Of a stretch of 64,000 nt of DNA, positions 59,563-64,000 are shown piece after piece. The stretch is from Opitutia bacterium (GTDB lineage Bacteria; Verrucomicrobiota; Verrucomicrobiia; Opitutales; T3Sed10-336), in contig JBJHCF010000003.1 in the NCBI GenBank assembly GCA_050506795.1, forward strand, positions 96,001-160,000, in the 5' to 3' direction. A program made the translations under genes and the position numbers. A model generated the notes under the pieces. That model worked only from the letters and a program-made list of their open reading frames with translations. It was not told where the DNA came from and searched no databases. Every line of letters starts with the position of its first letter. Within the stretch, counting starts at the first letter, position 1.

Positions 59563-60277
59563 TGGAGAAATGGTGAAACTCAATCAAGTGAGGTTCCCCG
59601 GGCGACAGCGCCGCATCCGCCCAGAGTTCCAGCGATCCATCAAGGCAAACAGCGCGATTTGGTCCGGCCAATAGAAATTGGGAGACGGCGATGTACAAGC
59701 CCCACGATCTATTTTCCCGATTCGTAGGGTCCATCACCCTTGGCATTCGGAGCATTTCACCGGCGGGGAGAACCTCGGCCATCTCAGGAGAAAACAATCC
59801 GGGACCCAAGCGACCATGGTTCGCCTTTTCCAGCGTAACCTTCGTGACCGTTCTGATCGAAGCCAGATCCTGAGATCGTCCCAAAACCGGCGGATAGCGA
59901 GGGGAACGAAAAGCATTTATCCAGAAATCCAGAGATTCACCCGCCAAATACAACGTCAATCGGGGAAAGATCAACCATTCGCGCGGCAGGATATTGCTGT
60001 TCCCCTCGAGGTTGAATTCTTTCGATGGACCCCGGGTCGATTTGTTTGGCTCCAAAAACCAAATTTTTTCGATATCGTCGATCCGCTCACCTTCGCATTC
60101 AAAGCGATAAGCGAATGAAATACTGGCCGGGTCCGGAGGGATTCCGGCAGCACAGGTCAACAGACCGTAAATTGTCGAAGGAGGCGGCATCGGGAATGTT
60201 GGCTGCCGCCCAATCAGAAAATGCGGAAAGCGAAACGAGGCGGTAGGGCCGCTAATTTCAATGCGCAAGGCATTCAT
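59552..60277 (-). CDS. cas5: Cas5 (type I-B)
   Basis: TASFRFPHFLIGRQPTFPMPPPSTIYGLL, LGRSQDL. Confidence 0.93.
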   Translation of the reverse strand: MNALRIEISGPTASFRFPHFLIGRQPTFPMPPPSTIYGLLTCAAGIPPDPASISFAYRFECEGERIDDIEKIWFLEPNKSTRGPSKEFNLEGNSNILPREWLIFPRLTLYLAGESLDFWINAFRSPRYPPVLGRSQDLASIRTVTKVTLEKANHGRLGPGLFSPEMAEVLPAGEMLRMPRVMDPTNRENRSWGLYIAVSQFLLAGPNRAVCLDGSLELWADAALSPGEPHLIEFHHFSNAD

Positions 60278-60288
60278 ACTCTCTTAAA

Positions 60289-61362
60289 TCAATTGAACCA
60301 ATCCGGGTTTTTATCGACTAAATCGGCGAGACGCTCAAAGGCATGCCGCGGATGGCAGAGTTCCAGTCCATGGGGGAAACTGCTCTGAAGTTTTTCGAGG
60401 TTCGATTTGAGTTTCAGACGGCCTTCCTCGCAATATCCGGTCGTCCATCCGACGAATACGGGAGAAAGAGTTTGATCTCCCCACACTTCCCCGGCTTCCC
60501 GGAGTGAATCGAGCGCGGGGGTAATCTCTCCGTTTTCCATTGCCTGAACGCTGTATTGGAAAGGGTTGTTCGCACCCTTGAACGCGGCGGCAATGACGAT
60601 GACCGGCGATACGTCCGTATAATGCAATCCCAGTTTGGCACCACCAGACACATGCGGCACAGCTCTGAGCAGCATTCCGACACGGTTTTGCCTTGTTTTG
60701 ATAGGAAGCCGGAATGCCTTATTCGGTTCGTCGTTTTCAAGGTTCTTTTCTTCGCAGAGCTTCCTTCGTTCCTTATCCAGATTCAGATGCCCGGTCTGGT
60801 TAAGGTAGGAAAACGAGCCGGAGGTCGAAAGGTCGAGGGAAAACAATCCTTTTAGCGCGGTCTTGTAGAACTGATGCTCGTGCGGCACCGCATCGCCTTC
60901 ATGCCGGCTCATGGTTCCGAAGTCAGAGGTGATTCCATCGGTCATTCCGACTAAAGTTCCCACGCGAAAGGGAGAAACACGCGTTATGGTGACTTTCGCC
61001 TCAACCGGGGTTGCGCCCACCATCGTTGCCCGGCTTTCAGCTGCCTCGACCTTCTTTCCTGGCGCTCGCATATAACCGAAAAGGTCGTCGTCACTATAAC
61101 GGATAGGATTGGCATCGGTGTAGGCTACCTTTGCCTCTCGATAAATCGGGGCTCGTTCCCATTCGTCCGGGTAGAGCCTCTCGACGGTCTCGCGAAGCCA
61201 CCGTCGATAAGCTTGGGCGGAAACATAGGGATATTGTTTGCGACCGACACGAAGAAACTTGGTTGCGACAGCATTCTCCATTGTCGTGCCAGACGCTGCG
61301 CCAGCATTGTTCAATGCGCTCCCAGGGGCGTCGATAATTTGAATTCCGGTTATATGGGCCAT
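60289..61362 (-). CDS. cas7: Cas7 (Cst2/DevR type)
   Basis: APGSALNNAG, YPYVSAQAYRRWLR, DDDLFGYMRA, TRVSPFRV. Confidence 0.93.
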   Translation of the reverse strand: MAHITGIQIIDAPGSALNNAGAASGTTMENAVATKFLRVGRKQYPYVSAQAYRRWLRETVERLYPDEWERAPIYREAKVAYTDANPIRYSDDDLFGYMRAPGKKVEAAESRATMVGATPVEAKVTITRVSPFRVGTLVGMTDGITSDFGTMSRHEGDAVPHEHQFYKTALKGLFSLDLSTSGSFSYLNQTGHLNLDKERRKLCEEKNLENDEPNKAFRLPIKTRQNRVGMLLRAVPHVSGGAKLGLHYTDVSPVIVIAAAFKGANNPFQYSVQAMENGEITPALDSLREAGEVWGDQTLSPVFVGWTTGYCEEGRLKLKSNLEKLQSSFPHGLELCHPRHAFERLADLVDKNPDWFN

Positions 61363-61411
61363 GACTATTTTTTCTCGCTTGTGTTTATAGAGCTAAAAGC
61401 CTCGCAAACGG

Positions 61412-62896
61412 TCAACGAAGCTCATCGATTGTTTCAATTGCAATTTCGTCCGGGGCGACAACCTCATCGTCTTCCTCACGTCTGAGCGCGGGCCAATTCT
61501 TGAGTTGCTCAAGGCAGCGTATGCGGATCATATCACGCGCTAGGAAAAATCCTCCGTGAGGAACGTTTTCCTCGTCCTCGAAGATCTCCGTAAAATCGTC
61601 CAGGGTGAGGAGAAGTTTGGGTTCGTTCTTCAACAGCTTCAGCGCGGTCCGAACAAGAATTGCGCGGAACGCCGTATAAGAATTGGTGGACTGAGTCCGT
61701 CCCATGATCTGGCTGAAGAGCTTCTTATCGTTTGTTTTCTGGATGATGCCAGAAAGTTCATCGGCCAGGAGTCGTATTTTCTCAATTTGTTCTTTTTTCA
61801 TAAGGATTACAATTCGCAGAAAGACGGAAAGTAGATCCCAGAGCTGAATAGGAGTCGCATCCAGATTCTTTCGGTACCCCGCCAGGTTTTCGGCATAACT
61901 TTGAAAATAGCGTCGAAGGAAGGCTTGGACATTGGCGGGAAGGCTGTAGAGATCATCGTATAAGGAGTTGTTGGAAACCCGATTTTTCTCGTTGGTCAAA
62001 ACATCGTCGGAAGACTCCGTTTTACCCTTCCACCAAAACGCATTGACAAAGGTCAGCCACGACTGCCGAAGGTCTGCCATGTTCACTCGGATTAGGAATC
62101 GTGAGACCATGGGCTGCAGCGAATAAATATCGATGGCGCAACCCTGACTGCTGTTCGACAGAAAGTAGAGAATTACGCCGGGGCGTTTAGTCGAACGCGA
62201 CAAATCCCGTGTGAGTTTGGATTCCGCTGCGAAAATATCATCCAATCGTTGGGCTACACGAGTTTTTTGACCCTTCCTGTCGGGTAACGCTGTTCCATGA
62301 AGTCGAGCTTTCGCGAGATCGGTTTGTTGCTGTTCATACCAACCGAACAAGAAGGAAAGCAGGAGATCTTTGCTTTCCATGGCGACAACCGGCATTCGTC
62401 CGCTTACCACGGGAAGTACTTGAGGAATCGCGAGCAGACAGCCATAGGCGATTCCTGAAAGTGGAATCTCCGCACGGCCGCTAGGATAGAAATTCACCTG
62501 GTTTCGCCCCTGAACCATTGGAAATTGATCCCTCGCCGCCCGGATGACCGCAGGAAACTCCTGGAAGAAAGCACAACGATCAACCGTCGTGTCTTCGATG
62601 TCCGACAGACTGTTCACGAACCCAAACGCTTCCTCAATCGCCTTCTTTCGTTTTTCCCCTTTGAATGCCGGATTATCGAAGCTGTTTGTGGTAAAGAGGA
62701 TTCCAGTTGGCTTCTTCAACAAGCCATCGAGATAATCCTCTTTGATGCGGTTCATCGTTTTTACCCAATCAGTCCAAGTCACCTCGCAAGGATTTCCCAC
62801 CTCACAAGCCAAAACGACTGAGGCCACGCCCGTGTCGATTAGGGGCTCGCCAGTCCACCGGAGGAACTTAGAGCGGTTGGTTCTGGTATCGGTCAT
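61412..62896 (-). CDS. cas8: Cas8 large subunit (Cst1-like)
   Basis: WTGEPLIDTG N-terminal motif, NFYP, LSNSSQG; lies directly upstream of cas7. Confidence 0.8.
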   Translation of the reverse strand: MTDTRTNRSKFLRWTGEPLIDTGVASVVLACEVGNPCEVTWTDWVKTMNRIKEDYLDGLLKKPTGILFTTNSFDNPAFKGEKRKKAIEEAFGFVNSLSDIEDTTVDRCAFFQEFPAVIRAARDQFPMVQGRNQVNFYPSGRAEIPLSGIAYGCLLAIPQVLPVVSGRMPVVAMESKDLLLSFLFGWYEQQQTDLAKARLHGTALPDRKGQKTRVAQRLDDIFAAESKLTRDLSRSTKRPGVILYFLSNSSQGCAIDIYSLQPMVSRFLIRVNMADLRQSWLTFVNAFWWKGKTESSDDVLTNEKNRVSNNSLYDDLYSLPANVQAFLRRYFQSYAENLAGYRKNLDATPIQLWDLLSVFLRIVILMKKEQIEKIRLLADELSGIIQKTNDKKLFSQIMGRTQSTNSYTAFRAILVRTALKLLKNEPKLLLTLDDFTEIFEDEENVPHGGFFLARDMIRIRCLEQLKNWPALRREEDDEVVAPDEIAIETIDELR

Positions 62897-62919
62897 GGTT
62901 TGGCGTTGTCCGCATTGAC

Positions 62920-62988
62920 GGGAAAGGAGCTTAGTTCTTTTTTAATGAGAAACATGTTTTCAAGCCACTTTAAGGTACGATAGATTAC
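62920..62988 (-). ncRNA. Putative crRNA-like RNA (solitary degenerate repeat plus promoter-targeting spacer)
   Basis: Pseudo-repeat GTAATCTATCGTACCTTAAAGTGGCTTGAAAAC (62988-62956; 25 of 30 repeat positions match in a gapped alignment), then ATGTTTCTCATTAAA..., which matches 63223-63209. Confidence 0.75.
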
Positions 62989-63173
62989 TATGGCTCCTTT
63001 CCCGTCAGATCGCGGCAAATCTTTCGTGCAAGGCGTTCTGGTATCTCGTTATGGCGAGGGACAGCTTGCCATTCTCCTGTCTTCGTATTCTCCCAGAGGC
63101 TGTGTCTTGACCCTTCACGTCGGAGGCGACATCCATGGCGACGAAGAAACCGGAGAAGTAGCGCTCTCTTCAT
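62988..63173 (-). CDS. hicA: HicA family mRNA interferase toxin
   Basis: 61 aa; LRREGSRHSLW (catalytic His retained), VPRHNEI, LARKICRDL. Confidence 0.9.
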   Translation of the reverse strand: MKRALLLRFLRRHGCRLRREGSRHSLWENTKTGEWQAVPRHNEIPERLARKICRDLTGKEP

Positions 63174-63206
63174 CCTGACTTGAAAACCTTTCCGTTTGAA
63201 AAATCC

Positions 63207-63236
63207 AATTTAATGAGTAACATTGGATCTTTTCAA
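63207..63236 (-). promoter_or_regulatory. Predicted sigma70 promoter of hicA (and probably cas8-cas3), containing the crRNA-like RNA target
   Basis: TTGAAA (63236-63231), N18, TAAATT (63212-63207); CCA plus protospacer at 63226-63209. Confidence 0.65.
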
Positions 63237-63289
63237 TCGAACGCAACCAGACAAGTCAAGCACTTCTTGGGGTTAAGTCACCGTTATTA

Positions 63290-63502
63290 TCAGGAGATGG
63301 CTTCGATAACCACGGACTCGGTCTTCGCTCTGCCGATCTCCGTGTTTCTTCTTTCTTCGAAGATTAAGTCGATCGCCGCCTTCAGATCTTCGATACACTC
63401 TTCGCGTGTCTTTCCCATCCCGTTGGCAGCGGGCACTTCGGCACACGTGGCTGTCCACCAATCGCCTTCCTCGCGTAATATGGCTGTGAAAGTTTGGATC
63501 AT
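63290..63502 (-). CDS. hicB: Short HicB family antitoxin (no DNA-binding domain)
   Basis: 70 aa; FTAILREEGDWWTATCAEVPAANGMGKTREECIEDLKAAI. Confidence 0.85.
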   Translation of the reverse strand: MIQTFTAILREEGDWWTATCAEVPAANGMGKTREECIEDLKAAIDLIFEERRNTEIGRAKTESVVIEAIS

Positions 63503-63556
63503 AGTTCTCCATTACAATGGCTGATTCATTCGCGGGAAGCAAATGGATTTCCTTCA

Positions 63557-63808
63557 TCAACCCCAATCCTGTGCGCGGTTCAATTTTTTGAGGATCCGAT
63601 CAATGCGAGGATCGGACGGGTCGGGTTCTGGAACGGATAGCCGGCCAACCCATTTCCTTACGAAGCTGCCGTCGAATTCGCCTTCCTCCACAAAAGCCCG
63701 AAGATCCTTCTCGACTACTGCGGAAAGGGAAATTCCTTCATTCCGTGCCATCAATCGGGCTTTGCGAAGCACCTCCGGATCGATTCTAACGGTGAGATTC
63801 TTTTTCAT
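63557..63808 (-). CDS. Ribbon-helix-helix / DUF6364-like antitoxin-type protein
   Basis: MKKNLTVRIDPEVLRKARLMARNEGISLSAVVE. Confidence 0.7.
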   Translation of the reverse strand: MKKNLTVRIDPEVLRKARLMARNEGISLSAVVEKDLRAFVEEGEFDGSFVRKWVGRLSVPEPDPSDPRIDRILKKLNRAQDWG

Positions 63809-63847
63809 TGGAGTAAGAATCAAGTGCATTTGCCTTCCTGAACATTT

Positions 63848-64000
63848 TCATCCCGCGTCCACCGCTCCGAAGCCCATGGAGTTCATTTCGCCGAGGCCGG
63901 CGGACCAGATGAGGCGCTGGAGTGGGATTGGGGCGGTGACTTTGACCGGTGCGGCCCAACTGCGGACGGGGATATTTTTGATGTGAAAGAGCCGGGTTCG
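63848..64000 (-). CDS. cas6: Cas6 C-terminus (5' part lies outside the window)
   Basis: Hand translation ...APIPLQRLIWSAGLGEMNSMGFGAVDAG* contains the Cas6 G-rich loop GhGxxxxxGhG. Confidence 0.85.
   Translation of the reverse strand, partial: RTRLFHIKNIPVRSWAAPVKVTAPIPLQRLIWSAGLGEMNSMGFGAVDAG

Noticed and set aside
62898..62919. Possible second pseudo-repeat (GTCAATGCGGACAACGCCAAAC) exactly 36 nt after the first
   Set aside because: Only the GTC start and AAAC end match and it is too short; not supportable as a repeat.
1..64000. rRNA, tRNA, transposase or integrase genes; self-targeting array spacers
   Set aside because: None recognised by eye. An exhaustive spacer-versus-window alignment was not possible, so self-targeting is not excluded.

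Overview
GC-rich bacterial window, most likely Verrucomicrobiota (Opitutales-like). This is inferred from the H-X9-DG prepilin-like genes and secreted proteins with characteristic C-terminal domains. 1-36 kb: secreted CotH/LamG/discoidin/PQQ proteins and a carbohydrate-use region (MFS, ThuA, sugar epimerase, Gfo/Idh/MocA, AraC, two GH43, GH2, GH4, GH38, sugar ABC), plus two IS4-like MITEs. 36-51 kb: addBA, DUF1573, a second prepilin plus secreted protein pair, an ABC-2 exporter and a tandem pair of dynamin-like GTPases. 51-64 kb: a type I-B (Cst1/Cst2-type) CRISPR-Cas locus on the minus strand (cas6 partial, cas8, cas7, cas5, cas3, cas4, cas1, cas2, 48-repeat array) interleaved with toxin-antitoxin genes. 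The standout observation lies between cas6 and cas8. A solitary degenerate CRISPR repeat begins at the hicA stop codon, and the spacer-like sequence after it matches the predicted hicA promoter at 14/15 nt. The only mismatch is at position 6, and a CCA PAM precedes the target. This suggests a CRISPR-repressed HicA protein toxin and cas autoregulation module guided by a crRNA-like RNA. All product calls come from motif recognition by eye; no database searches were run.
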